The notes under the pieces: model-generated | Seen by the model: only the letters and a program-made list of their open reading frames with translations | What the model was told of the DNA's origin: nothing | Database searches by the model: none | Shown: positions 37,241 through 46,866 of the stretch, one piece after another | Layout: each line of letters starts with the position of its first letter | Numbering within the stretch: the stretch's first letter is position 1 | Translations under genes and position numbers: made by a program | Source of the DNA: a virus | Taxonomy: Duplodnaviria > Caudoviricetes | DNA: 64,000 bases | IMG/VR virus record: IMGVR_UViG_3300002220_000035 | Span: 5,499 to 69,498 of that record | Reading direction: 5' to 3' (one strand)

Positions 37241-37587
37241 AAGCCCTTATCGCATTCCCGGGCGGCTGGTCCCACATCGACCAGGTAAAGATCAAGCGCG
37301 TAAGGGCCCGGGCAGATGTCGTCGAACTCTATACGCACGATGACCGGTGGACTCACCAGGACCCGTTCACCCGGATGAGCTGCCTGTCGATCCTCTCGAA
37401 GATTGCCGGCATGGAATGCAGCGTCATCATGGCATGGAAGTCCGGCCGGGCACTCATGTATGGCGTCGCACTCCCGGATCCTGTAGAGGCCCCGGGGGAG
37501 TCAGGGGCCCTGATGCTGCATGACAAGATCCAGTTCCCCGCGGACTACTTCGAGGTCATCGATAGCGGATTCATGGAGGCGCGATGA
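37237..37587 (+). CDS. Hypothetical protein
   Basis: Coupled ORF. Confidence 0.5.
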   Translation: MKALIAFPGGWSHIDQVKIKRVRARADVVELYTHDDRWTHQDPFTRMSCLSILSKIAGMECSVIMAWKSGRALMYGVALPDPVEAPGESGALMLHDKIQFPADYFEVIDSGFMEAR

Positions 37588-37591
37588 TCTC

Positions 37592-38839
37592 ATGAAAAAG
37601 AAAGAACTGCAGGAAGTCCCGATCGCGAACCTCATCCCGTACCCGAAAAAGATCCATAAAACGGAAAAAGCAGTCCCGGATATCGTCACATCCTTGGAAA
37701 AATACGATTATGTCAAGATCTCCGTTGTTGTCGATGAAAATATGGAGATCATCTGCGGCCAGGGTGTCATCCAGGCGATGCAGAAGCTCGGCTGGACCGC
37801 AGTCCCACAGGTCACTCAAATAATCGGCATGCCCGAGATCCTGAAACGCGAATACCGGATTGCAGATAACCAGACCGGTACCCGCTCAAGATGGGACCTC
37901 GAAAACCTCCTGCAGGAGATCGATGAAATCAAGATCGAAGACAAGGACTTCGAGATCAAGGACCTCGCCATCACTCAGCGGGAACTTGACCAGATGATCC
38001 ATGATGTCGAGATAGCGAAGAACGTCCATGACGATGACTTCGATCCCGAGAAGATCCGACCGACAGACATCCAGTATGGGGACCTCTTCGAGCTCGGGCC
38101 CCACCAGCTCCTCTGCGGAGACTCAACAAAGCTCGAGGACCTGCAGCGGCTCATGGGCGGCGCCCTTGCAGCGATGGAACTCACGGATCCGCCGTACAAT
38201 GTCGATTACCAGGGCAAGACCAAGCAGCAGCTGAAGATCAAGAACGATCATATGGCGGCCTCCGACTTCTACCAGTTTCTCCTCAAGGCATACCAGGCCA
38301 TGTATGCCACAATGAAACCCGGAGCCCCGATCTATGTCTGTCATGCCGATACGGAAACAATCGCATTCCGGCAATCGTTCATGGAAGCCGGATTCCAGCT
38401 TAAGCAGTGCATCATCTGGGTGAAGGACCAGTTCGTGCTCGGCCGGCAGGACTACCACTGGCGACATGAGCCCATCCTGGAAGGCGTCAAGGACAGCAAG
38501 GATCACGAGCCGGTCCTCTACGGCTGGAAAGATGGCGCCGCCCACCGTTGGCTCGGAGGTCGCTGCCAGGATACAGTCTGGGAAGTCCCGAAACCGAAAC
38601 GGAACGCCGAACACCCGACTATGAAACCCATCCCCCTGATGGCCCGGGCGATCCTGAACTCCTCGATTGAAGGCGATATCGTCCAGGACGCCTTCGGGGG
38701 CCTCGGGGCCACGCTGATGGCATGCGAACAGACCGGCCGGGTCTGCTACACTAACGAGCTGGATCCGCACTATTGCCAGGGCATCATCGACAGGTGGGAA
38801 CAGGCAACCGGCAAAACTGCGAGGAAAATCAAGGCATGA
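37592..38839 (+). CDS. ParB-like domain fused to a beta-class N4-C/N6-A DNA methyltransferase
   Basis: VVVDEN..I..G.G...RIADN N-terminus; TDPPY; HPTMKP; DAFGGLG. Confidence 0.9.
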   Translation: MKKKELQEVPIANLIPYPKKIHKTEKAVPDIVTSLEKYDYVKISVVVDENMEIICGQGVIQAMQKLGWTAVPQVTQIIGMPEILKREYRIADNQTGTRSRWDLENLLQEIDEIKIEDKDFEIKDLAITQRELDQMIHDVEIAKNVHDDDFDPEKIRPTDIQYGDLFELGPHQLLCGDSTKLEDLQRLMGGALAAMELTDPPYNVDYQGKTKQQLKIKNDHMAASDFYQFLLKAYQAMYATMKPGAPIYVCHADTETIAFRQSFMEAGFQLKQCIIWVKDQFVLGRQDYHWRHEPILEGVKDSKDHEPVLYGWKDGAAHRWLGGRCQDTVWEVPKPKRNAEHPTMKPIPLMARAILNSSIEGDIVQDAFGGLGATLMACEQTGRVCYTNELDPHYCQGIIDRWEQATGKTARKIKA

Positions 38840-39231
38840 GACAGCTCGAGACCAACCCGGATATCGACATAAAGATCTCTCTCGCAAAAGCAGGACATTC
38901 CGCGCACTGGAATTTCGATAAAGGCCGGCATGGGATCACACTCAACATCCCCCTGAACTGGCAGGAGGGGATCGCCCCGGTCGAAGAACACTACCGGAAC
39001 CACCCCGAGATGGATCTCGATGAGGACCGTATCCTGGGATTCCTTGACGAAATGGACGCCTCGTTCATGGCAGAACTCATCTGTATCGAGCGGAGACGGC
39101 AGGGCCTCCGGATGAAGCACGACCGCTGCGAACCCTGCTGTCTCTCAAGGATTGTCTTCTTCATAATGAACCACTGCCATCACCGGTTAATCTATCCGCT
39201 TCCGGATAAATGGGAGGCCGCGAAAGCATGA
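38836..39231 (+). CDS. Hypothetical protein
   Basis: Coupled between MTase and TerS. Confidence 0.55.
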   Translation: MRQLETNPDIDIKISLAKAGHSAHWNFDKGRHGITLNIPLNWQEGIAPVEEHYRNHPEMDLDEDRILGFLDEMDASFMAELICIERRRQGLRMKHDRCEPCCLSRIVFFIMNHCHHRLIYPLPDKWEAAKA

Positions 39232-39818
39232 AGGCAGCCGCGAAGAAGTCCGGGAAGAAGGCAAAGGTCCCGGCCAAGAAAAATAAAAAAGAGGTGATAA
39301 AAAAGAATGTGCCGGTAAAAACCCCAAAGAAACCAGGCAGGTCGACCAAATACGACCCGGACACCCACCCACTCATGGCATGGGTCCTTGCGGTCCTGGG
39401 AAAGACCAACAAGGAGATCGCAGCCGAGCTTACGATCTCGACCAGAACCCTCCACGAATGGGGCAAAAAGGATCCAGAATTTCTAAGCACGGTTAAGCGG
39501 GGCAAAGCCATCGCCAATGCCCGGGTCGTAAAGGCCCTCTATTCGCGTTGTATAGGGGGCCCGAATACCGAGAAGAAGGTCACTCAGAACCCCGACGGGA
39601 CGCTCCGCAAGGAGGTTACTGAGAAGTTGATCCTGCCGGACGTGGCCGCGATCGCGCTCTGGTTACCAAACCGCGATCCGCAGAACTGGAAGAATAAAGC
39701 GAGTCTTGAACACACCGGGGCCGACGGTGCCCCGCTGGAATCGACGATTATAATACTCCCTGACAATGGCAGAGACAAAAAAGCAAAAGCCGGCGCGAAT
39801 CACGGCGCGAATCATTAA
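39228..39818 (+). CDS. terS: Terminase small subunit
   Basis: GRSTKY...HTH...PDVAAIALWL.NR.P..W motif upstream of TerL. Confidence 0.85.
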   Translation: MKAAAKKSGKKAKVPAKKNKKEVIKKNVPVKTPKKPGRSTKYDPDTHPLMAWVLAVLGKTNKEIAAELTISTRTLHEWGKKDPEFLSTVKRGKAIANARVVKALYSRCIGGPNTEKKVTQNPDGTLRKEVTEKLILPDVAAIALWLPNRDPQNWKNKASLEHTGADGAPLESTIIILPDNGRDKKAKAGANHGANH

Positions 39819-41298
39819 AGCCCAGCCGGGACCACAGGAAAAATTCCTATCCTCACCTGCGGATATCGTTATTTACGGAGGTGCAGCCGGCGGTGGCAAG
39901 ACGTTCGGCCTGCTCATCGATCCTCTCCGCCATATCACAACAGTCCCGGGGTTCGGAGCCGTCATCTTCCGGAGGGAGACCCCGCAGATCACCAATGAGG
40001 GCGGCCTCCTGGATGAAAGCCGGGATATCTATCCATCTCAAGGAGCCGAGGTAAGGGAATCTCCGAAGATCGACTGGACATTCCCGCCGTTCAACAACCG
40101 GATCCACTTCGATCACCTGCAGTACGAGAAGACCTGCCAGGCCTTTGATGGGGCCCAGATCTGTTATATCGGATTCGACCAGCTCGAGCATTTCACCGAA
40201 TATCAGTTCTTCTACATGATGAGCCGGAACAGGTCCACCTGCGGGATCCGCCCATGCATCAGGGCGACCGCCAACCCGGACGCAGATTCCTGGCTCGTCA
40301 AAGGCCAAGGTGGGAAAGGCGAGTGGGGAACGGGATTCATCTCGTGGTGGATCGACCCGAAGACCGGGTACCCAATCGAGAGCAGGTCCGGAGTGATCCG
40401 GTGGTTCATCCGTGACAATGACATGCTCGTCTGGGCAGACACTGCCGAGGAACTGAAAGAGAAATACCCCGGCAGGCAGCCAAAGAGTGTCACGTTCATC
40501 CCGGCCAAGCTCAGCGATAACCCGATCCTTGAAACCATCAATCCCGAATATCGTGGCAACCTGCAGGCGCTGTCATACGTGGAACAGGAACGGCTGCTCG
40601 CGGGCAACTGGAAGATCCGTATGGAGGCCGGCACGGTCTTCAAGCGAGAGTGGTTTGACGTATTGGATGACAAAGACATCCCGAAGGGGGGTGCCACTGT
40701 GCGATATTGGGATATGGCAGCCACCCGGAAGAGTAAGAAAAGTAGAGAACCCGACTGGACTTCCGGGTTCAAAATGTGTACTGTCGGAGGTATGTACTAC
40801 ATCCTCGACGTTTACCGTATCCGGGACAATCCGGGGGAAACAGAGGCCGCTCGTAAACGTATCACAGCACAGGATGGCCCTGATGTCAAGGTCAGGGAAG
40901 AGCAGGAAGGCGGGGCCAGCGGCAAGACGGTTATCTTCCTGAACGCCCGCGATCAGTTCCGAGGGTCGGATTATATGGGGGTACCCTCATCCGGCTCAAA
41001 GCAGGCCCGGGCGGTCCCGGCATCCAGGGCAGCATATAACGGCCTGATCAAGGTCCGCCGTGCCCCCTGGAACGATCTGTTTTTCGCAGAGATTGAAGTG
41101 TTTCCCGACGGCAAACACGACGATATCCCCGACTCATTTTCGGGGGCGTTCAACGAACTGGCAAAGGGCCTCCGGGATCCTACGAACGAACCGACCGCAG
41201 AAGAAGCCGTCGCCACCGCAATACAGTCAGACGATTTCGGTATGGGCTCCGATGATTCCTCCTTCTTTGGGGATGACGAGCTCGGAGACTTATTCTGA
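39766..41298 (+). CDS. terL: Terminase large subunit
   Basis: YGGAAGGGKT Walker A; ATANP; YWDMA; HDDIPDS. Confidence 0.95.
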   Translation: MAETKKQKPARITARIIKAQPGPQEKFLSSPADIVIYGGAAGGGKTFGLLIDPLRHITTVPGFGAVIFRRETPQITNEGGLLDESRDIYPSQGAEVRESPKIDWTFPPFNNRIHFDHLQYEKTCQAFDGAQICYIGFDQLEHFTEYQFFYMMSRNRSTCGIRPCIRATANPDADSWLVKGQGGKGEWGTGFISWWIDPKTGYPIESRSGVIRWFIRDNDMLVWADTAEELKEKYPGRQPKSVTFIPAKLSDNPILETINPEYRGNLQALSYVEQERLLAGNWKIRMEAGTVFKREWFDVLDDKDIPKGGATVRYWDMAATRKSKKSREPDWTSGFKMCTVGGMYYILDVYRIRDNPGETEAARKRITAQDGPDVKVREEQEGGASGKTVIFLNARDQFRGSDYMGVPSSGSKQARAVPASRAAYNGLIKVRRAPWNDLFFAEIEVFPDGKHDDIPDSFSGAFNELAKGLRDPTNEPTAEEAVATAIQSDDFGMGSDDSSFFGDDELGDLF

Positions 41299-41309
41299 AC
41301 GGAGGGAAA

Positions 41310-42704
41310 ATGGCAACAAAAAAATCCGACAAACCAGAGGAGGGCACGACCTACTACTTCGCGCCCGGGGGCACATCATTCAAGGCCCCGAAAATGGACG
41401 TCAATTCGATCAGCAAAATCATCGAGAACAAGACTATCGAGGAGGGCCTTACCAAACAGCAGCGAATCCTCTTCCAACACGACCCGAAGGTTTCGGTCAA
41501 GAACCTCAAGACCAAAGAGGTGGATCCGGACCTGACTTCGATCATCGACGATATGGTTCAGGAAGACAGCATTGCGCTGAACTTCGCGATCCAGCGGGCA
41601 TGGCGTGACACTGCCGAGTGGGGTCCCGCCCTCTATAACCCGTACTGGGATTACGAGGGATCCGAGTTCCGCATGAAGAAACTCAAGCGGCTGGAACCGT
41701 GGGGTTTCGCCAACAGGGGCACGTCCGTCTCATACGTTTACAACAAGATTCTGCCGGGCATCATGGTCAACGACAAGACACAGGAGCCCGAATACTGGCA
41801 GACAAACGAGAAGGGCAAAATCATCCAGCTTAGGAACGTGGAGGTCCTCACGGACCCGATCAAGAGTGGTATCGGTGGCAGCCCCGCGATCGTGCCGATT
41901 TTTCCATTCGTGAAAATGCTCACATACTCCTGGATGCGGCAGATGCAGAAGGTCAACCAGTACGGCAGCGGTGGCATCTGGTTCCTGAAAGTCATGGATC
42001 CGACCGGTGATGACAAGAAGTTCGCCCAGAACCTCATGAACAACGTCTCATCTATCAACCGGTACCAGCTCCGGCCCAACATGACCATCGAGCGCCTCGG
42101 CATCACTGAGAGCGGGTCCGCGCTAGAGACCATCACCCAGCTCGGCATGGAGATCCGGCAGTTCTTCACCCCCGCCGGCCTGATCCAGAAAGACGGAGGA
42201 ACTCTGATCGGCGGATCCTCCGGGCCCGAATACGATCTCTATATGTCCTTCATCGCAGGCACGCACCGCTGGCTGGAGGCATACATCCGGAGGTTACTCA
42301 CCCCGTATCTGGTTTACAACAATTATTATGACAAGGGATTCCGCATTGTTGCCGAGATCCCCGCCCCGACTGTCGACAAGTCCGAACTCTACGTCAAGAT
42401 CCACGACAGCGGCAGCAGGGAAGGTACCTTACTACCGAACGAGAAGCGGGCCCTGCTCAGGGCGGCCCTCCCGCAACAGGCCGGTATCGATATCTCGGAT
42501 CTCGATGACAAAGGTATCGCGGACCTCCTCGCATACACGCAGCAGTCGAAACCGCAACAGTTCAACCCACAGCTGCAGAAGGCCGAGGCCGTGGCAAAGG
42601 TCATCGCCGCCAATCCCCTGGACCCATACGCTCCCTTCAAAGGCGGGAAGAGCCAGGTGCAGAAAGTCATCCAGGCAACGCTCGGGATCGAGGAAGGGGT
42701 ATAA
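41310..42704 (+). CDS. Portal protein
   Basis: 464 aa directly after TerL; homologous to 1-936. Confidence 0.85.
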   Translation: MATKKSDKPEEGTTYYFAPGGTSFKAPKMDVNSISKIIENKTIEEGLTKQQRILFQHDPKVSVKNLKTKEVDPDLTSIIDDMVQEDSIALNFAIQRAWRDTAEWGPALYNPYWDYEGSEFRMKKLKRLEPWGFANRGTSVSYVYNKILPGIMVNDKTQEPEYWQTNEKGKIIQLRNVEVLTDPIKSGIGGSPAIVPIFPFVKMLTYSWMRQMQKVNQYGSGGIWFLKVMDPTGDDKKFAQNLMNNVSSINRYQLRPNMTIERLGITESGSALETITQLGMEIRQFFTPAGLIQKDGGTLIGGSSGPEYDLYMSFIAGTHRWLEAYIRRLLTPYLVYNNYYDKGFRIVAEIPAPTVDKSELYVKIHDSGSREGTLLPNEKRALLRAALPQQAGIDISDLDDKGIADLLAYTQQSKPQQFNPQLQKAEAVAKVIAANPLDPYAPFKGGKSQVQKVIQATLGIEEGV

Positions 42705-42967
42705 TGGTCTTCATCGAGGGGGCATGGGTCGATCCATGGGTGGATATATTCCCATGGGATCCCCGTTGGGACGAATACTTCTGCTGCCCGGAGGCTCTCG
42801 GCTTCTATAAGCAGGTCCACTCCGATCGGGATCATAATCCCATGAACTGGATAACCTGCCATTGCGGGAAGGCCAACATGCGCGAAATCCCCTTCCGGGA
42901 AGAGGATTTCCGCGCAATCCCCCGCCCTAACTGGTGCCCCTTGAGATCGAGGAGCCCCCCGGAATGA
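42704..42967 (+). CDS. Small Trp/Cys-rich hypothetical protein
   Basis: Coupled ORF ending RPNWCPL. Confidence 0.5.
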   Translation: MVFIEGAWVDPWVDIFPWDPRWDEYFCCPEALGFYKQVHSDRDHNPMNWITCHCGKANMREIPFREEDFRAIPRPNWCPLRSRSPPE

Positions 42968-43806
42968 CCTCCTCCGCCCTCGATCATCTTTCCAAAGAGC
43001 TGCAGGCCGACCCCACGCAGGCAGAGACCCGGGTCGCGGGATATGAAGAGCAACTCGCAGGACTCTTCGAGAATTACAAGAAGGCCCTCCTCCAGGAACT
43101 CACCCGGGATGCAGATGCGGTCAAGCTCCAGAAGGCCACGTCCGCAAGAACCTATACGATCGACATCGGGGCATTCTCAAAGAAGATGGAGAAACTCACC
43201 CGGGAAGAACTGATCGAGCCGGCCTCCGAGATCATCTGGGACGAGACAAAAGGGGCATATCTCCACGGCAAGAAACACGGGGATATCCAGCTCAGGCCAT
43301 TCGGGATCCTGCTCGGTGCCCCACTCAATATCCGGCAGGTAGAATGGAGAAAACTTAAGATCCTGATCGAGAAGGATAAGGGCGAATTCAAGGGCATCAC
43401 GGACGCCACCAACCAGCGGATCCGCAGTATCATCGCGGATGGGGTCCTGAACGAGACCAAGTACGGGGAGATCACCCGGGGTATCGTCAAGGCCGTTGAT
43501 GGCGTGGGTATCTCCCGGGCCTTGACCATGGTCCGCACCGAGACCATGAAAGCGGTGAACCTGGGTGTCAAGGACCAGTATGATGCAGCCGGTATCGAGG
43601 AATATGAACGGGTCGAAGCCATCGATGAGCGGACCTGCACGGAATTTGAGATCGATATCGGCAGCCGCCACTTCACCGGCTGCGGAGAACTCGACGGGCA
43701 GATATTCACCCGGGAAGAAGCCGATCAGGTCGATGCAAAGATGCATCCCAATTGTCGCGGTACGTGGATCCCCCACATCAGGGTACCGGAGGTATCTGCA
43801 GAGTGA
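42964..43806 (+). CDS. Head morphogenesis protein (SPP1 gp7/Mu gpF-like)
   Basis: RALTMVRTET...DERTC...C..LDG...HPNCRGT. Confidence 0.9.
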   Translation: MTSSALDHLSKELQADPTQAETRVAGYEEQLAGLFENYKKALLQELTRDADAVKLQKATSARTYTIDIGAFSKKMEKLTREELIEPASEIIWDETKGAYLHGKKHGDIQLRPFGILLGAPLNIRQVEWRKLKILIEKDKGEFKGITDATNQRIRSIIADGVLNETKYGEITRGIVKAVDGVGISRALTMVRTETMKAVNLGVKDQYDAAGIEEYERVEAIDERTCTEFEIDIGSRHFTGCGELDGQIFTREEADQVDAKMHPNCRGTWIPHIRVPEVSAE

Positions 43807-44099
43807 CGTCCGGTACTCCCCTCGCGCCCGAGGAGAAGGAATACATCCTGGAGCATCTCAAGGACGGCCCTGCACGCATCGCGTACGATCTCGGGCAGGA
43901 ATTCAAGAGTATCAACGGAGGATTCCGAAAGAGGGATACGGTCAAGAAGTTCATCCGCCGCGCCCGGAGGACCGGCGCCCCGCTGATCCTTGAACTCCCG
44001 GCCTTTGTGCTGGAAATGGCGCGGGAAAAAGGGATATCGCAGGACCAGATGAGTTTTATTGCAATGCGGGCGATTTTGCAGAAAGTGAAGGCGGGTTAA
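43803..44099 (+). CDS. Small HTH-like protein, homolog of 1573-1788
   Basis: Shared motif and position. Confidence 0.55.
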   Translation: MTSGTPLAPEEKEYILEHLKDGPARIAYDLGQEFKSINGGFRKRDTVKKFIRRARRTGAPLILELPAFVLEMAREKGISQDQMSFIAMRAILQKVKAG

Positions 44100-44205
44100 T
44101 TCCCTCCCGTTCCCATTGTTCCGTCCCACAGACTGGGCAAACAGCTACCGCAGCCGTCGGCGCCCCGAACTGATGTCTGCATTTTTCGCATGTAATTATA
44201 TCCAT
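44056..44205 (-). CDS. Small Zn-ribbon protein
   Basis: MDIITCEKCRH...CPVCG; ATG overlaps the upstream stop. Confidence 0.5.
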   Translation of the reverse strand: MDIITCEKCRHQFGAPTAAVAVCPVCGTEQWEREGINPPSLSAKSPALQ

Positions 44206-44351
44206 TACCCGCACCGCCTCCGGTATTCTTGCAGCTCCTTAAGCAGCCGCTGGATCAGGTTGTCGTCCGTTTCCCTGCCGTGCCGTTCCTCTTCGAGCAG
44301 GGCCTTCGTTCCTTTCTTCAACCGGATACTGGAAACCTCATCTTCAGTCAT
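44205..44351 (-). CDS. Small RHH-like protein
   Basis: SSIRLKKGTKALL...ETDDNLIQRLL. Confidence 0.6.
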   Translation of the reverse strand: MTEDEVSSIRLKKGTKALLEEERHGRETDDNLIQRLLKELQEYRRRCG

Positions 44352-44360
44352 AAAAATACC

Positions 44361-44510
44361 TTAAATTTTAATCGTATATGGAATTACCTCATCACCATCA
44401 AGCGCCAGGAAGTCCGCCACCTCCTCATTAGTGAGGACCGCATCGACGATCTCACCCGCCCGGACGATAATCCAGACCTCTTTCTCCAACCCCCGAGGTT
44501 TGTTTTCCAT
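44361..44510 (-). CDS. Small hypothetical protein
   Basis: 49 aa, first gene of an antisense mini-operon. Confidence 0.45.
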   Translation of the reverse strand: MENKPRGLEKEVWIIVRAGEIVDAVLTNEEVADFLALDGDEVIPYTIKI

Positions 44511-44595
44511 GATCGTATATTGTATATACGCCATATATGGTTTTGGGTGGGGGATTTGAGTTGTCCCTATATTGCAATTCCGCACCAATAGTACT

Positions 44596-46212
44596 ATGCC
44601 CATCGGCTCTTTTACGCAACAGACGGACCTCGCGGGCGGAAAAGTCCACCTCAACAAGGCCGTTAAAGCGTGTCCGAACGGCAAGTGCCGACTCGGCCCG
44701 ACCGTTCACTGTTCTAAAACAACCGCCGAATCGCACAAGGCGATCCTGCATGGGCTTGATCGGAAAGTAGGCAAACTCTTCTTCGGAAAGGAACCGTTCG
44801 AACCGACAGTCAACTCCTGGAACACCACGCCCCTTGTCTTCGCCCAGATCCACCCGGAACCCCGGGAACTCGGGGTCAGGGTAGGTGCGAAGTACTTCGG
44901 ACAGGATCCGGGATTCACGCAGGATGAACTGGACCGCATCAACGGCGCGATCATTGGCGAAGCCAGCGATCCGTTCATCGAGGATACAGGCCACCCGAAA
45001 CTGATCGTGACCAAGAACTACACCGACGAGACCGCGATCCGGATGTTCGGGCAGGGCCTCATCACTGAGGACCAGCTCATGAAGTCCCAGGAAGCGGTCC
45101 CGATCGCGCTCAAACTTCTTGCAGAGGGCAGGCTCTCGCATTCCTCGGGCCTCATCTGTCCCGATGATGGCGAGAAGCTGACCGGCACCGTGATCCCGAA
45201 CCACATCCTCGAATTCGAGGAGACCGAACGGGACCAGCCACTTGACCGCATGGCGGTGGTACTGAGCAAAAATGAGGTAGACGATGTGAAAGGCAATTCG
45301 CACACCAACATCGGGAAAGTCATGTCAACGAAGAACCAGGCGCGCCTGAAGGAAATCCTTGATGGCATCCATTCATTCTTCGAAAGCATGGCTGGCGGGG
45401 TCGATACGCCCGCAGAAACGGACTCGAAGAAAAACAGTGGGACCATCGTGAAACAAGGGACAATGAACGAGCCGGACGGCGAGTCTCTTGAAGGACAGAT
45501 CGAACTCGTCCGGCAGAGCCTCTCGAAAGAGATCGGCCTGAAGTACCCGAACGGGGAAGACCGGCCCGTATGGACCGTCATGACCCTACCGGACAAGGTG
45601 ATCTGGCAACACCCGGACACCATGCAGTACTACGCGACCGGTTACACCATCGGTGATGATGGAGCGATCGCGTTCTCGGACCCTGTTGAAGTCGAGCAGG
45701 CTTACGTCGTGAAGGAAGCGAACAACGTCTTCCTCAATATGACTGCAGAGGACCTTGACGCCATCGTCAAGAGGAATAAGAAACAGGAACCAAAAATGGC
45801 ACCAACACCTGAAGAGGTTGCAGCAGCAGCTGCACAGAAACAGAAGGACGACGCCATCACGGCAAAGGACGCACAGATCGCCCAGCTCCAGAAGGAGCGG
45901 GACGACCTAGCAGCCGAGAAGGCGCAGGTACAGAAGTCGAAATTCGACGCGGAATGGGAAGATCTGAAAAAGAACGTGATCCCACCCGGCGAGATCAAGG
46001 ACCCCGCAGACGAGGTCAAGCTCCAGAAGATGAGCATAGAGGAACCCCTCAAGTTTGCGGCAAAAGTCGCATCCTGGAAGAACGCCCCGCAGAAAGGCGA
46101 AGAGGGATCGGCCCATGTGAGCGGCCCCGATGCAAAGAAAAACGAGGCTGCGGAAATCGACCGCGTCCTGAAGGCGACCTCCGGCCGGGCGGTACCCGGG
46201 ACACTCCACTGA
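44596..46212 (+). CDS. Capsid maturation protease/scaffold fusion
   Basis: Homologous to 1864-2910; coiled-coil C-terminus. Confidence 0.7.
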   Translation: MPIGSFTQQTDLAGGKVHLNKAVKACPNGKCRLGPTVHCSKTTAESHKAILHGLDRKVGKLFFGKEPFEPTVNSWNTTPLVFAQIHPEPRELGVRVGAKYFGQDPGFTQDELDRINGAIIGEASDPFIEDTGHPKLIVTKNYTDETAIRMFGQGLITEDQLMKSQEAVPIALKLLAEGRLSHSSGLICPDDGEKLTGTVIPNHILEFEETERDQPLDRMAVVLSKNEVDDVKGNSHTNIGKVMSTKNQARLKEILDGIHSFFESMAGGVDTPAETDSKKNSGTIVKQGTMNEPDGESLEGQIELVRQSLSKEIGLKYPNGEDRPVWTVMTLPDKVIWQHPDTMQYYATGYTIGDDGAIAFSDPVEVEQAYVVKEANNVFLNMTAEDLDAIVKRNKKQEPKMAPTPEEVAAAAAQKQKDDAITAKDAQIAQLQKERDDLAAEKAQVQKSKFDAEWEDLKKNVIPPGEIKDPADEVKLQKMSIEEPLKFAAKVASWKNAPQKGEEGSAHVSGPDAKKNEAAEIDRVLKATSGRAVPGTLH

Positions 46213-46227
46213 GGAGGCTAAAGGAAA

Positions 46228-46866
46228 ATGACGGATAATCAGTCAACTATCGCCGGGAACTACAAAGGGACCGGCCCGACCATTGAGTGCATCCTCGATG
46301 AAGGTGCACCGACTGTTTCGGATGGCGCATTCGGGCCTGAAGGATTAACAATGAGGGTTGCAATCAACCCCTCTGTATCCAGTCTCGAAGAGGGACAGGC
46401 CATCGCGCTTTCGAACGATGTGCTGAACACTTTCGTGGGAACGGAAGGGATGCCGATCGTGGAACGGGCTGTGAATGGCGAGGTCCTTGTTTTCGGCACC
46501 ATCGTTTCCAAACCCAAGTGGAACACCGAGCCGCCCACAACGGCATCTGCGGCATCACTCACGCTGAGGCTCGCTGGTAAGTATTACCGCACGGCCCTGG
46601 TCGAATTCCACATCCCGGGAAAGATCGTCGCTGCACAGGTCATGTGCGACGGCACCCATGCTTGCGTGCCCGGTGTCGGGGCAACTCTCCAGGCAAACAT
46701 CACCAAGATGTACACCAGTGGAAACGACGGGTACTTCTTCGACAGCGTAACCAGCGGAGGTACCGGTGTGATCCCGCTCCACTATGCGCCTGCAGGAACC
46801 GATGGTGATCTCTACACGGTGCTCTGCCTCGTGTATGGACTGCTGACCGCAGCAACGGGGGCCTGA
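46228..46866 (+). CDS. Capsid cement/decoration protein
   Basis: Position between scaffold and capsid. Confidence 0.55.
   Translation: MTDNQSTIAGNYKGTGPTIECILDEGAPTVSDGAFGPEGLTMRVAINPSVSSLEEGQAIALSNDVLNTFVGTEGMPIVERAVNGEVLVFGTIVSKPKWNTEPPTTASAASLTLRLAGKYYRTALVEFHIPGKIVAAQVMCDGTHACVPGVGATLQANITKMYTSGNDGYFFDSVTSGGTGVIPLHYAPAGTDGDLYTVLCLVYGLLTAATGA

Noticed and set aside
39766-41298. Intein or intron in terminase or other core genes
   Set aside because: Protein lengths are normal and no splicing or homing-endonuclease motifs were seen.
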